64,000 bases of DNA. Origin: Macrostomum lignano. Lineage: Eukaryota. Each line of letters starts with the position of its first letter. Positions within the stretch are counted from its first letter, which is position 1. The translations under genes were made by a program, and so were the position numbers. The stretch spans positions 46,893-110,892 of the forward strand of contig NIVC01003213.1 of the NCBI GenBank assembly GCA_002269645.1, in the 5' to 3' direction. Below the pieces are notes generated by a model. That model was not told the origin of the DNA and made no database searches. It saw only the letters and a list, made by a program, of their open reading frames with translations. Shown piece by piece: positions 16,268 through 28,732 of the stretch.

Positions 16268-16606
16268 CTTATTCAATACTCTCCTCCTTCTATCCTATAA
16301 TCTCATCCTCTTATCCTATAATCTCATCCTCCTATTCTATAATCTCATTCTATTATCCTATAATCTCATCCTCTTATTCTATAATCTCATCCTCTTATCC
16401 TATAATCTCATCCTCCTATTCTATAATCTCATCCTCTTATTCTATAATCTCATCCTCCTATTCTATAATCTCATCCTCTTATTCTATAATCTCATCCTCC
16501 TATTCTATAATCTCATCCTCTTATCCTATAATCTCATCCTCCTATTCTATAATCTCATCCTCTTATTCTATAATCTCATCCTCCTATTCTATAATCTCAT
16601 CCTCTT
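16268..16606. repeat. 21-bp minisatellite (TATAATCTCATCCTCYTATYC)
   Basis: About 16 copies; source of the LLFYNLI ORF. Confidence 0.95.
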
Positions 16607-18039
16607 CTTCATACACCTGCAACTCTTTTCACTTACGCGTACTACTGAATAAAGCTATCTAAAACAAAAACTATTATGTATGTAATGGCACAAGAAATCA
16701 AACTACGTGATAAAGTGATTAATTCGGTGAAAAGACAAGACTAGATAGTAATTTTATTATCGTTTAAGCATGAATTTGGTTTATTTCTAAAAGGCAGGTA
16801 TTACATGTAGATTAGGTGGATTAAAAAAGTAAAAAAAATCTAATTGAATGGGTGGGTCTAAGGGGCAATCGATGAAGCTGTAAATTTTGTTTTTTATTAA
16901 ATTATCTGTTTGATGCTACATTAGATAACTATAAGTTAGTTATAAGCCCGTATATTACTATAATTGATACACCAGTACAATACTGTCTACGGGTGTAATA
17001 CAAAAGCAATTGACTATAGTGTCTTAGATGAGTGAATATTTTTCAGTAACTATGGTTACGGCAAGTTCAAAATTGACTAGCGGTAGGAAACTGTAGCAAT
17101 TAGCAAATTAAAAAATATAATAAGCTAAACTTTTTGCGTAGCCGTAGTTTGCAGTGAAAAGCAGATTGTAAGATGAGCATTTTGAAGAGCAGCAAACTGA
17201 TTAAAAAGTTTTTGGTCTCTCCTTGGTCAGCGATCAATACAAAGGCTTCAAAGGTAGGTCTCTCTGAACCGTTACGCTTCATTTTGATTGGCTGCGAAAT
17301 CCTAGTGTGCTATGACTTCAACTTCTTCCTTCTCCAGCCAATGAGAATTCAGCAATCTATCTCCGGCCCTTCAGTGGACATTCATTGGCTAGAGGGTGAG
17401 AAGGGTAAAAAGACGCAACGAAGAGCTCGCAGCCAATAGAAAAGAAGGAAGATAAAAACAGTTGTATTGAGAGACGACCAATATCAGATGAGCGAGAGAT
17501 CCTGAACTGCGAGCGCAAATATAAACGGTCAAAGTTAAACGGGCGCGTCGGGGGCATTAATTGGGCACAAACGTTGGTTAATTTGTCAGTTTTAATAAAA
17601 AGAATTGCTATATCGACGGTATTAAGAGGATCAGAATTACAAGGTAACGGACAAGCGAAAATTTTCGTTTTGAATAATTAGCTTAAAGGTGGATGATAGA
17701 ATTACAGCTATTTAGGAGCATAGATAAAATTAGAACAGTTCGACCTTCGAAAAGTACTGCAAAATATGTTCATTTGTATGAAAAATTTGCAAATTTTCAA
17801 ACGAAATTTTCAACTCTCGCTACTCGTTAGTAGCGCGGTTAAACGGATTAATATCCTAATAATAAATAATATTAGTTTTGACCAAAATCGGTTAAGAAAA
17901 ATGAAAAAGAGGATCGCGAAGCACGCGACAAAAATTAAAAGGATAATAAATAATTAATTAGTTGATTAAATTTTGAAAGGTACAGCAAAAGATCTGGGCC
18001 AAGTTCGAACCGTGATGTTTTTAGCTTTAACGAGCAAGC

Positions 18040-21000
18040 TCAAACAGCATTGGAAGCCCGGCTGCTCAGCTTGTGCCCGGACGAGCTGCTGCTGTTCATC
18101 TCGCGGGTGACGCTGATCGACCTGATGACGGTTCCGCCGCTGCCGCCGCTGCGCACCGACATTGTGCGCTCGGCCACTTCGGCTCGGTGCTCGGCTTCTT
18201 CGGCCACCTGCTGCGCTTTGCGGTACTTGCTGATGGCCGCGGCAGAGGCCTCCTCCTGGAAGTTCCAGGTGGATATTCCAGCGAGTTAGGATGGTTTTGC
18301 TATTGAATATTCTTTTACTGGAACATGCTTGAACTGCCTGACAACTGAAAGCAACGCTTCCTGTTGTCAGTTTCCTGCCTCTGACACGGAACTCCTGACA
18401 CTTATGTTGGCACTTTCCTGCCTCTGACACGGAACTCCTGGCACCTTATGTTGTCAGTTTCCTGCCTCTGACACGGAACTCCTGACACTTATGTTGGCAC
18501 TTTCCTGCCTCTGACACGGAACTCCTGGCACCTTATGTTGGCACTTTCCTGCCTCTGACACACGGAACTCCTGGCACCTTATGTTGGCACTTTCCTGCCT
18601 CTGACACACGGAACTCCTGGCACCTTATGTTGGCACTTTCCTGCCTCTGACACGGAACTCCTGGCACCTTATGTTGGCACTTTCCTGCCTCTGACACAAT
18701 TTTGCGCTTTCCTGACGTTTCATTTCGACGCTTAATGTTAGTTTTTACTGACGCTTCCGCGTCTGATGCTAACATTCCTGACATTGACACGCTATTCCCG
18801 CTTTTTACATCGTACAGGCGCTTTTCTGGCACGAATGCTGTTTATTTTCTTTAGTTCTAAAGGTACCCCCTTTTCTGGAGCCAATCAGTCGCCCAACCCA
18901 CACTTACCGACTCTTCCACCTGCCGTTTGTAAGCCTTGATCTTAAGCTGCGCCTTGCCCAATAGGTCGTGCAGCTCAATGTTAACCAGCCGCTCCTCCTC
19001 AGCTTGGGCGAGGGCCTCCTTAACCTGGCGTTCCAATTTCTTAACGACCGCCTGGAACTCGCGAGCCCGTCGCTGTTCAGCTTCGAGCTCAGCCTCGAGC
19101 TCCCGGACTCGCTCCTGCAGTCGCTGGGCGATGCGTTTGCTCTCGCGCGAGGCTAGCGACTCCGACTCTTCGAGTTTGACCGTCACTTCTCGAATTTCAA
19201 TCTTTTTGGTAGGGGAAGGGGGTTAGTTTTCGTGAGTATGACGCATTAACTCTTGGATTCTGAAGTTTTTCTGAATTACATTCCAGAAACGTCGTTAGAC
19301 GAAATCTAACATCCGCCTTTTACCCACTCGTCCATTTTTGGCCTCCGGCTTGCTTCTGGTTTTCAAATATGTCATTAAAAACGAATACACGGATGCCAGT
19401 TGGATATGCGTATGAGAATGCTTTATGCGGGATCGGATTGGGAGCTGATGACTCAACTATAGTATACTCGGCCTTTGAAAAAAAATCCTTTCCCCTTTCA
19501 GAAGAAGCAATACTTGATTTCTAGAAGAACCAGATCACTGCTTCCAAAAGAAACACATTGCTTTTTACGAGTAAAAGAATGAAGAGAGCTCCCTTCGTGA
19601 GCAACTCCGTGAGCGTTCTTCTAAGGGGGATTCATAGAAAGGATTCCATCAGAAGAGTATCCTTTGCCAATCTTATCGGAGTTGCTTCTGAAAGCAGTCT
19701 ATTTTTCTAGAAGCTGTGTTTCTTCTCGAAGCAAACGATTTTCCGCGCACCTCCAGCTGGCGCCGCAGCCCCTCGGCCACCCGGTAGTTCTCCTGCTCGG
19801 CCCGCAACTCGTCGGCCAGGCGTTGCACCTCTCCAGCGAGCCGGTTGGCCCGGTCCAGTTCGGCAGCCCGGCCGCTCTGAGCGTCCTCCAGCTCGGACCT
19901 GAGCGAGGCCAGCTCGCCTTCCAGCCGGCGCCTCTCGTTGCCAGACGTCTGCAGCTGCATGGTCAGCTCGCTGATGCGAACGCTGACGTCCTGCAGCTCG
20001 GATTCGGCCTTCTTCCGGCCGCGCTCGGCGGTCTCGCAGATTGTGCGAAGCTCATTGAGCTCCGACTGGAGCGCCGAACGACGCTTCTCGCTGGCCGAGA
20101 GCGCGCCCTGGGACACCTCGTTGGCTCGTCGCTCATCCTCTAGCAGAGCCTCCAGCTCCTGAATGCGCGTCAGCAGGGTCTTGTTCTCCTTGGCCAGGTT
20201 CTGCGATTATGTGTTGAGAATGGTAAAGTGCACCTGAGTAGTTTCTTGGTAACCACGCGTCCAGCACAGTTCCTGTAGAACTTAACATCCCCTCGCCGCA
20301 ACTAACAAATCAGAACAAAATCAGAACAAGAAGTATCACATAAGTAATAATGATAATTGATTACGTCTGCTTTAATGTTCAACCGACAGCTCAGCCGCAG
20401 CTATTGCGTGGCGCATCTAAAGGCTGCATACGGCTGTTCAGTCCAAGGACTGGTGGGTCTCCACACCCACCTTCAATTACCTCAGCTAATGCTGGCATTA
20501 AGTGTCTTGCTCAAGGACTTAAATTGTTCTAAGTGGGTCGAAAATCGAATTTCCAAGCTTTCAGTCGTGAGTCCGACGCTCTACCCACAAGACTAAAACC
20601 CCATCAACTCAATGTGTTGAAGAAATCATAGGTGCTTGATCGTATAAGATTTTGTTGCTAGTTACCAACCTGGTTGGCACGATTGGCCACGTCAATCTGG
20701 GACTCCAAGTCCAGCACGGTAGATTCCAGGTGCTTCTTCAGCCTGTTAACCTCCGATTTGTGCTTCGCATCCGAGTCGTTCAACGCCGCCTGCAGCTCCT
20801 CAACAGTGCGCTGGCTGCTCCGCCGGAGACTCTCCAGTTCGGACTCCTTCTCGGCCAGGCGAGTCTCCAGATCCGAGCGCAGGCGGGCGAGGGCATCGGC
20901 GGTGGCCGCCTGCTTCTGCGTCAGCTCGCGCACAGCATCCTCGGCGTCGCGCAGAGAGCTGGCGAACGAGTCTCGTGCCGCTTCGGCCTCGGCTCTGGCC

Positions 21001-24000
21001 GCGTCGGAGTCGGCCAGGCGTCTGGTCAGGTCGCGATTGGCCGAGTTGGCCTCCTTGAGGCTGCCGGCCAGCTGGGCATTGTCCCGCTCCAGCTGGGCGA
21101 TGCGGTCGTCTGCCGATTTCAACGATTTGCGCAGCTTGGCCAGCTCGGCTTGTTGAGACTGCAGAGTGGCTTGCAGCAAAGCGCTCTCGGAGGTGAGCTC
21201 CTCGATTCGCACCGTCAACTGGCTCACCGTGGCCTCCGACTGTTTCACCTGGGAGGCCAGCTCAGCGTTGGCGGCCTGCGTGTTTTTTGGAGAATCGACA
21301 AGTTTTAGTGACAGTTTAGAACATCAACGATTTCAATAATCCACGTAAGCTAACCTGTAGCGCGTCCGTGTCTCCCTGCAAGGCCTTGAGCTCGGCTAGC
21401 AGCTGCTGACGCGACCTGTCCATGTTGTTCGCCCGGCTGCGCTCGCGCTCGGCGACGTCTTCCAGCTCGGTGACTTTCACCGTCAGCTTGCGCCTGCGAG
21501 GTGCAGGGAAATTTCGTAGCACTCAAGTCAAAGTCAAGTTGAAGGGCTACTAGTCTAGGACAACTGGAAGCTGGACAAGTTGAAAACAAACTCACTTGAC
21601 TTCCTCGAACTCTTCCACTCGGCTAACAAAGTCCCTCTCGTACTTTGAACGTAGGGTGGTCAACTCGGAGTTGAGTTTGTTGATTTGCACCCTCAACGAA
21701 GCGGCCTCTTCACTTTCTTCGTCGTATTTGGACTGCAGATTGTAATACTCCTGCTGCAGCGTCATAAACTGCGTTTGCAGGTTGCTTCGCGACTGGAAAT
21801 CGAATTTTAGTAGGGCTCCGTTTACTACTAAAGTGGTAATCGTAACAAGCCGAAGAGATTCTTACTATGAGCTAAGTAGTTCTTCATTTTGTCTCTAGAA
21901 TTTTAATAAAATCACTATAAATAAGCTACTCGCTCAGGATGCCTTAAGCTTAAAGAATAATTGACGCAAGCAGCGTCTTTAGCGGCAGACTAACCGAAGT
22001 CAAATAGCTTAACCTTGCGGTGAATAATGTCGGAGTTCGTCTACTAATAAGTAGAAAGTATAGAGTATAGAAAACAAGTCAGTCGACCCGCAGTCAGATA
22101 GGAGTCATGTCAAGCAGTATAGGGATAGAGATGTACCTAGGGATGGTCGAATTCGTGTGGAAATCGAACCCAGGTAAACTCACTCGAGATTCCTCATCCA
22201 GCGTCTTCTTCATCTCTTCGAGCTGGGCCTGCAGCAACGACCTGGCCTTGGACAGTCCGGACACCTGCGACTCGGCGTCGTGAGCAGCTCGCAGCAGTTG
22301 GCTGTTCTCGGCCTGCAGCCGGCTCTGGGACTCTTGCATTGAGCGAAGCTGCCCAACCAGCTCGTCGTTTTGAGCACGAAGCCGAGACAGTTGAGCATCG
22401 TAGCCTTCCAGCTTGGATTCCACGGTGTTCTGGGTTGGGGGTGAAGGTAATTAGGCTGCCTGAATGAGGCATTCACCAATGTGCATTAACGTCCATCCGT
22501 GCATCTAATCTGAACCTTATCTTGGCATATATATTCCATCTTGTCTATTCAAGTCTTTGTCATGCCCATTTGTCTGCCAATCTTGTCCATCCTGTCCTCC
22601 CGTCACTCCATCCTGTCCACTCGTCACTCCATCCTGTCCACTCGTCACTCCATCCTGTCCACTCGTCACTCCATCCTGTCCACTCGTCACTCCATCCTGT
22701 CCACTCGTCACTCCATCCTGTCCAACTGTCACTCCATCCTGTCCACTCGTCACTCGATCCTGTCCATCCAGTCTCACCTTGGCCTTGATAGCCTGGTCCA
22801 GCTGTCCGCCCAGGTTGTCCAGCTCGCCCAGCAACGCCGTCTTCTCCTTCTCAAGACGAGTCTTCAATTTTCTCAGACTGTCAACCTCGTCATTGAGCTC
22901 GGCAATATTGACGGTGTACTTCTTCTTGATGCTGACCTCGAGAGACTCCAACTGGGCGTTCGCGGCTTCGAGTTCTTTGCGAACTTTTTGCAGATCAAGC
23001 TCGCGACGTCGCACAGCCTCCTGAGCTTGAGAGGCGATGTTGTCGGCCTCTTCGATTCGTTCGTTAGCAGATTCCAGCTGGAAGTTGTACTCGTTGATCA
23101 CTCGCTCGGACTGAAAGGTGAAAAAAATAATATTCATATTACGAGCTTTGAATGCTGCTCGCAGATCAGGTTCAAAAAACAAATACGGTTCTGAAGTTTC
23201 TTACCCGAACCCTCGCGTCGCGCTCAAATTGGAGCAAATCCTCCAGCTCCTTGATCCTCGTCTGCGGTGGCGGTGTTGGGCGTTCAATTTTGCAGAATAA
23301 GAAGTTAATCCTTTTGTCTTAAGGGTGTTGACACTTTGACCTACTGGTCACTCTTTTTGCACGCCACTAGCTCCACTACTATTCTTGTTGGTACCCTAAC
23401 GATCACAGAGTTCGTCACTGTAATAGTTCTATTTGTCACTCTACTAGTTGCTATATTCGTCACTCTACTAGTTACTATATTCGTCACTACTAGTTACTCT
23501 ACTCGTCACTCTACTAGTTACTCGATTCGTCACTCTACTAGTTACTCGATTCGTCACTCTACTAGTTACTCGATTCGTCACTCTACTAGTTGTTCTATTC
23601 GTCACTCTACTAGTTACTCGATTCGTTACTCTACTAGTTACTCGATTCGTCACTCTACTAGTTACTCTATCCGTCACTCTACTAGTTATTCTATTCGTCA
23701 ATCTATTAGTTACTCGATTCGTCACTCTACTAGTTGTTCTATTCGTCACTCTACTAGTTACTCGATTCGTCACTCTACTAGTTGTTCTATTCGTCACTCT
23801 ACTAGTTACTCGATTCGTCACTCTACTAGTTGTTCTATTCGTCACTCTACTAGTTACTCGATTCGTTACTCTACTAGTTACTCGATTCGTCACTCTACTA
23901 GTTACTCTATCCGTCACTCTACTAGTTATTCTATTCGTCAATCTATTAGTTACTCTATTCGTCAGTTTATTCGTCACCCACGCATTAAAACCAGTATTGC

Positions 24001-24145
24001 GAGTTTTACAGTTAGGAAATGTACCACCAAGAATTACCTCCAGTCTCGACTGGCTGTTGGGCGACAGTCCCCTGTACACCTGTCGAGACAGTGTTGTGGT
24101 GCTGGACTCCATCCTGGAGCTCCTACTGCCGCCTCCGGAACTCAT
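18040..24145 (-). CDS. Prm: Paramyosin, full length, 881 aa; exons 24145-24038, 23261-23205, 23110-22778, 22429-22184, 21792-21596, 21493-21355, 21275-20670, 20200-19751, 19201-18908, 18255-18040
   Basis: All nine introns GT-AG; spliced length 2646 nt in frame. N-terminus [36 protein letters not shown] and C-terminus KYRKAQQVAEEAEHRAEVAERT match flatworm paramyosin (e.g. schistosome Sm97). Coiled-coil rod throughout; no motor domain. Confidence 0.96.
18355..18697. repeat. 44-46-bp minisatellite in the last paramyosin intron
   Basis: About 7 copies of GGCACTTTCCTGCCTCTGACACGGAACTCCTGGCACCTTATGTT. Confidence 0.93.
22588..22770. repeat. 21-bp minisatellite (CACTCGTCACTCCATCCTGTC) next to the paramyosin exon-3 donor
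   Basis: About 8 copies. Confidence 0.93.
23400..23975. repeat. 24-bp minisatellite (ATTCGTCACTCTACTAGTTACTCG), paramyosin intron 1
   Basis: About 23 copies; yields the RVTS/HSTSYSIR ORFs. Confidence 0.95.
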
Positions 24146-26831
24146 CGTGATCTCAGTAGTTCTACGGTCGGGTAGAGCACAATTAATTTTTAAAAAAGAG
24201 TATCAGAAAAACGAAAAGGATCTGCAGAAAAGAGACGAAACAAAAAATGGTTGCGAAAAAACTGCTAGCCTTAAAAAAACCTGCGCTGGACGTTCTTCGT
24301 TTTTAGCCACCAGACCGTGTCCGCAGTTAACTAGCCACGCCATCTGGCCCCTCACTCTTCCCTCAGACTTAGGGGAGCTGAAGCCATCGGATTCCAACCC
24401 ATATTTCTTTCGTTCTATACTTTCTAACCTTCCGCGCGAGCCAACCGAGCCGTGCAGCAGAAGGCCAGGCGAAAAATTCAAATGTTCCAACAACCGAACC
24501 ACTGCTACATCGGTTCCGCCTGCCTTACCTGCGAGCTGTTCCATTCCATTAGCCAGTGTACTCGGTCTTACTGCCCAATTCTCCTCCTTCCCCTCACTCC
24601 CCCCCCTAACTTCCTTCACTTTCGGCCGAGTCGGAGCGGGTCGCGGTAGGCGTAGGGAAGGTTCGGCATTGATTTTTGCTGCCCTGTAGGCTTCCTCTGT
24701 ACAGCATAGTGCACTGCCCTGGCTTTGTCAATTGGTTTCACCTGCATATCTCATTATGAGCTTCCGCGCTAGTTATGACGGAAACTTGGTGGCGGATATA
24801 AAAGTACAAATACACGCAATTTAATGATAGGCCTTATAAAGCTAAGGAAACTTTTCTAGATTAACTGATTTAAAACCAAGAAACTTTAAAATACTTTTTT
24901 TCACGCATGCAGCACGATATCGACTCACTTTTCAACTTTTGACCGACTCATGACAGTCCTTTCCTATCGGATGCTCTCTTTTGTTCTCTTTGTGTCGAGA
25001 CGAAATTGGGGAAAACTAATTGAGGCTGAACTTTAATTGGCACGTCAGCTGTTTTCCGATAAAAATACGATTGCAATTCTTTCTTAGAAAGGAAGAAAAA
25101 GGTGATTCCACTTAAACTATTGAGTATCGTTAACTTTCTTTATGCTGTGGTTTATACCGGAAAAACTCAGACAAAAGCTCCAGAGATGGATCCAGTCAGC
25201 AATTGAACGCGGTTCAGAGGATCAGATGGAGCTGCAGGCTCTAAGGGCACCGAATCTATGCGTAGGGGAGTCGAGGGGGCCGCAGCTGCGATCAATCCAT
25301 TTATACACCTTTACCATTGTACACCGAATCACCAGCGGTGCTATGAGGGGCTGTGCAGGCACACATTTTGCCCGAAGGAGTTTTGCCGAATCATCCATTG
25401 ACGCAAAAGGTCAGTGCGTATGCCGCTCCCTTCCTCTCCGCTTCTGTGCCTCTCTGTCCGTCTACTTCACTTTCTACCGCTGCAAATCTCTCCCAAAAAA
25501 TTCGTTCCGTTCTTTTAGACGACGCGTTTCAGTGCTAGCATGATTTTCCAAGCCCCCGGTAAAGGGGTTGGTGGCAGCGTCGGCTGCAGCTTACATGATG
25601 GAGCGCAGAAATTTTAAAGCCGCCTGTACACGTCCCTGTCCTAGGGGTATTAAATCTTTCTATCGCCTCCAGATAGAATGTTGGGCTGTATATAATTTCA
25701 CTGCACCATTAAATTCCCTATTCAAACTGCCGTGATTCTGAATGACGCATGAAGAAGTTCAAATATCGAAAATATAATTTTCTATACTATATTTTATTTT
25801 AACACTTAGTGATCAACTTTGGTTCTGATTTTTGAGAACTACAACATTATAAGCAACAAGAAAAAGTTAAAATACTATAGCTAGGTTTGGCAAGTTCAAA
25901 GATTTTGTAGTTCTTAAGGTGCAGGATGTCGCAAATCACATTCTGTATTTCTATCAAAGCTCAAGGCTGCTACCCTATATTACACTAGGGTAAAACTGCA
26001 GGAATTCTGTGAATTCTTGGCCTTGTTTGCTTTGCCATATAGACACTTTATATATGTAGCTATTTTATGTTTTTATGGTTTAGGTAGGCTATAATACTAT
26101 CAATACGGTTTGTTAATATTGTATTAACATTTTTGCAATTTTTTTAGCTTAATACTAAGTTTACTTGCTTAAACTACAGTATATTCTAGACTTGAAAACA
26201 CTTAATGATGTGCTAACAACATAAAGCTAACACCTTCTGGACCACCGGATCTCCCTGCGCGACACCGCAGCACCAGCTGCGACGCCTCCCCGCTGTATTA
26301 GGATGCCTGGACCCCTGCAGTTAGGTCAAGTAAGTCAACATTAAGCTACATAATGTAGAGCTTATAAAGAGACCAAAATAGGACAGTTACATTTTCAGCC
26401 TATACTAGTTTATGCAGTACTTTCGCTCCTTCAAGTCTGATTCTATTTTTAGCGCCTGTGCCTCAGCCGTCTCATTTTTAACTCGGAGTTTCCAAGTAAA
26501 AGCGCAGCGTGCATAGCGGTCCGTTCTTGCAGAGCAGTGGAGTCAATAGTACGCTAGGTGGACAGTGGAACCAGAGCCAACTCCAGCAAACTCGTACCCC
26601 GTAGCCCATACCTGTTACTAAAAATAGCTCGTACACCATTAGTCATCCTATGGCCTGGAGTGCCTGGTATTAGCTCGTGCTGCGCCCAATGAATTGATAT
26701 TACCAAACTTTATCGTGCTGATGTGTGCTTCGTTTGAAAAGTAAAAACCAGCGCTGTAAAGCGGTGATTGGTCAATAGATTTCTACAAAGCGCCTCAACG
26801 CGATAAATTTAGTAACAAACTTAGGAAAGTC

Positions 26832-26863
<32 letters not shown>

Positions 26864-26904
26864 CATGATCTTACCCACCATTGACGGCTAAAGAGATTTC
26901 TGAG

Positions 26905-28732
26905 ATGCAGGCGTTCGGCCCCGTAATGGGATTTTTGGCCGATCTGGCCAGTCCACAGCGTCAGCACCTGCAAAAGGTCTGGCAGCAGCAGAAGAGCCTC
27001 GAGAAAGCTCCCTCTGGAAGAAGGCGAAGAGGCAAGCAGAATGCAGCCAGCGGCAGCAAACCAACTCAGCAAAGCGATGCCACTAACAAATTAAGCGGCG
27101 AAAGATCCCCGAAAGAACCGGAGTGCCTGAAAAATTGGGAATGCATGCCGGCAAATGGACGGGAGCTGTTTGTAGTGCACTTCACGCGAGCTGAAGCGAT
27201 GAACGATGCGGCTAAACAGTCAATCTACACAGTTAAGTCCAGAACGAATGCAAACGAGCTGAATCGACTCAGCAGACTCATCGAGGAGCGGGTTGACCAC
27301 GAGATGCTGGCTATTGAAGAGTGTCGCGAGATAATGCGGTCCAACCAGTTGCCCTCTGGCTATCGCTTTCAAGGCAGCGTCCGCGAGGTTTGGGGCTTCC
27401 AGGACACGTCCGACATCGACTTGGTGCTGACTAAGAAGCGTCCAGCCGGACTGGAAGTCATAAATATTGTGCCCGGTTTCTGTCAGCTGACGCGGCCATC
27501 CATGGTAGCCAAAATCTACAGGCGGAAAGGCAAGTCCGAACTGTTCCGTCGTGGACGTCGCTTCACCGACGCGAGCGCCACTTCTAAAGTACTCAGTCCG
27601 GGCAAGTTTCGCAAGAAATTTAGCGATTGGCGATTGGCGAATAGTAACGCGCTGTTGTCGCAGGGCAAGCTCGAGCCCGGGACCCGGTCGCGAATTCACG
27701 AGCACGGGCCGGCCGTGACGCATGACTACTGCTTCATCGTGGGTGGACGCGAGGAACACCGAGAGGTTGACTTTGTCTGCACCATAGCGCTGAAGTGAGT
27801 GATTTCTTGATTTGACCATATTCAAATATACATGTACGAGGATTGGAGCCTCTTGGTAATCTTGGTACCTCGCTTGTCAGCCATCAAACATAAAATATGA
27901 ATACGTTTGCAGGAACCGGCCGTGGCTGCTGAAAGAGTGGGTCATCCGACAGACCACCAGCCCTCTTGGCATCAGCAAGCGAGTGGGAAGCGCTCCGATC
28001 CACATAGTTCCCATTGGTGCGTACAAAGGCCGAAGCAAGCAGTACTCGCATACCTGGCGCTACTCATACAACGAAATCGAGTGCCGACTAATTGAAGAGC
28101 TCTCGCCAAAGCTCGGAGCCGGCTACGCTCTGCTGAAGAAGGTCTGCCATCGCTACCTAAAGCCGGCGGGTTTCAAGTCCTACCATGCCAAGACCTGCTA
28201 CCTGTGGCTTCTGTTGCAATCGGAACACGAGCAGCTGTCACTGCTGCAGCTTGTCGAATCAACCATCGAGCTGCTCATGACATGCGCAGCCAACGGCTTC
28301 ATTCCGAACTACTTCATGCCGAGCGAGAACATTCTTCGCGAGACAATCTCGTCCAAGCAGGTGAACAGAGCGGCCATATCGACCTACTTGGAAAACTTCG
28401 CCGAGTCGGGAGAACGAATCACCGACCTGACTGTAGCCAGGCTGAGCAGCTACTTTGAGCAGCTGTCGACTGATATCAAGCTGACGCCGCTGCCAAGTTT
28501 GCTGAACTGGAGCGACAGCTGCCTGTGCCGGTTCAGCGACGTTCCAGACCGGCAATACAGCTGCGACTCGGACGAGGAACTGGCGTTGGACAGCAGTTCG
28601 AATCAGCAGTGCCAGGAGAGGGCCAAGAAGCAGTGCGTGAACTGCGACAGTCTGATACAGTACGAGTTAAAGAAGTCTGCTCCGCTCCACTTGATTGTGC
28701 GGTTTATTCCTTTTTTCGTCGGGAAAAATTAA
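26905..28732 (+). CDS. Mab-21/cGAS-like nucleotidyltransferase (cGLR candidate), ~569 aa; exons 26905-27794 and 27913-28732
   Basis: NTase signature FQGSVREVWGFQDTSDIDLVL, then HGPAVT...EVDFVCTI. A phase-2 GT-AG intron (27795-27912) joins to RPWLLKEWVIR...IHIVPIG...WRYSYNEIECRL...YALLKKV...FKSYHAKTCYLW...FIPNYFMPSENIL, the Mab-21 helical lobe motifs. The start is uncertain; upstream exons are possible. Confidence 0.85.

Noticed and set aside
13375-16652. MLQWI.../LLFYNLI ORFs
   Set aside because: Translations of the 25-bp and 21-bp minisatellites.
17100-17960. Short AT-rich ORFs and CCAAT-like motifs
   Set aside because: No splice or homology support, and no TIR/TSD found; treated as ordinary intergenic or 3' sequence.
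18050-23194. Plus-strand ORFs over paramyosin, and minus-strand ORFs over the cGLR and ankyrin exons
   Set aside because: Antisense shadows of GC-rich coding exons.
18040-24145. Myosin heavy chain
   Set aside because: No motor domain; the 881-aa rod has paramyosin-specific N- and C-termini.
25142-26335. ORF 25142-25543 and a possible mini-exon near 26300 (MPGPLQLGQ|GTAAGT) as 5' exons of the cGLR
   Set aside because: No recognisable homology and no strong in-phase acceptor before 26905; cannot be supported without transcripts.
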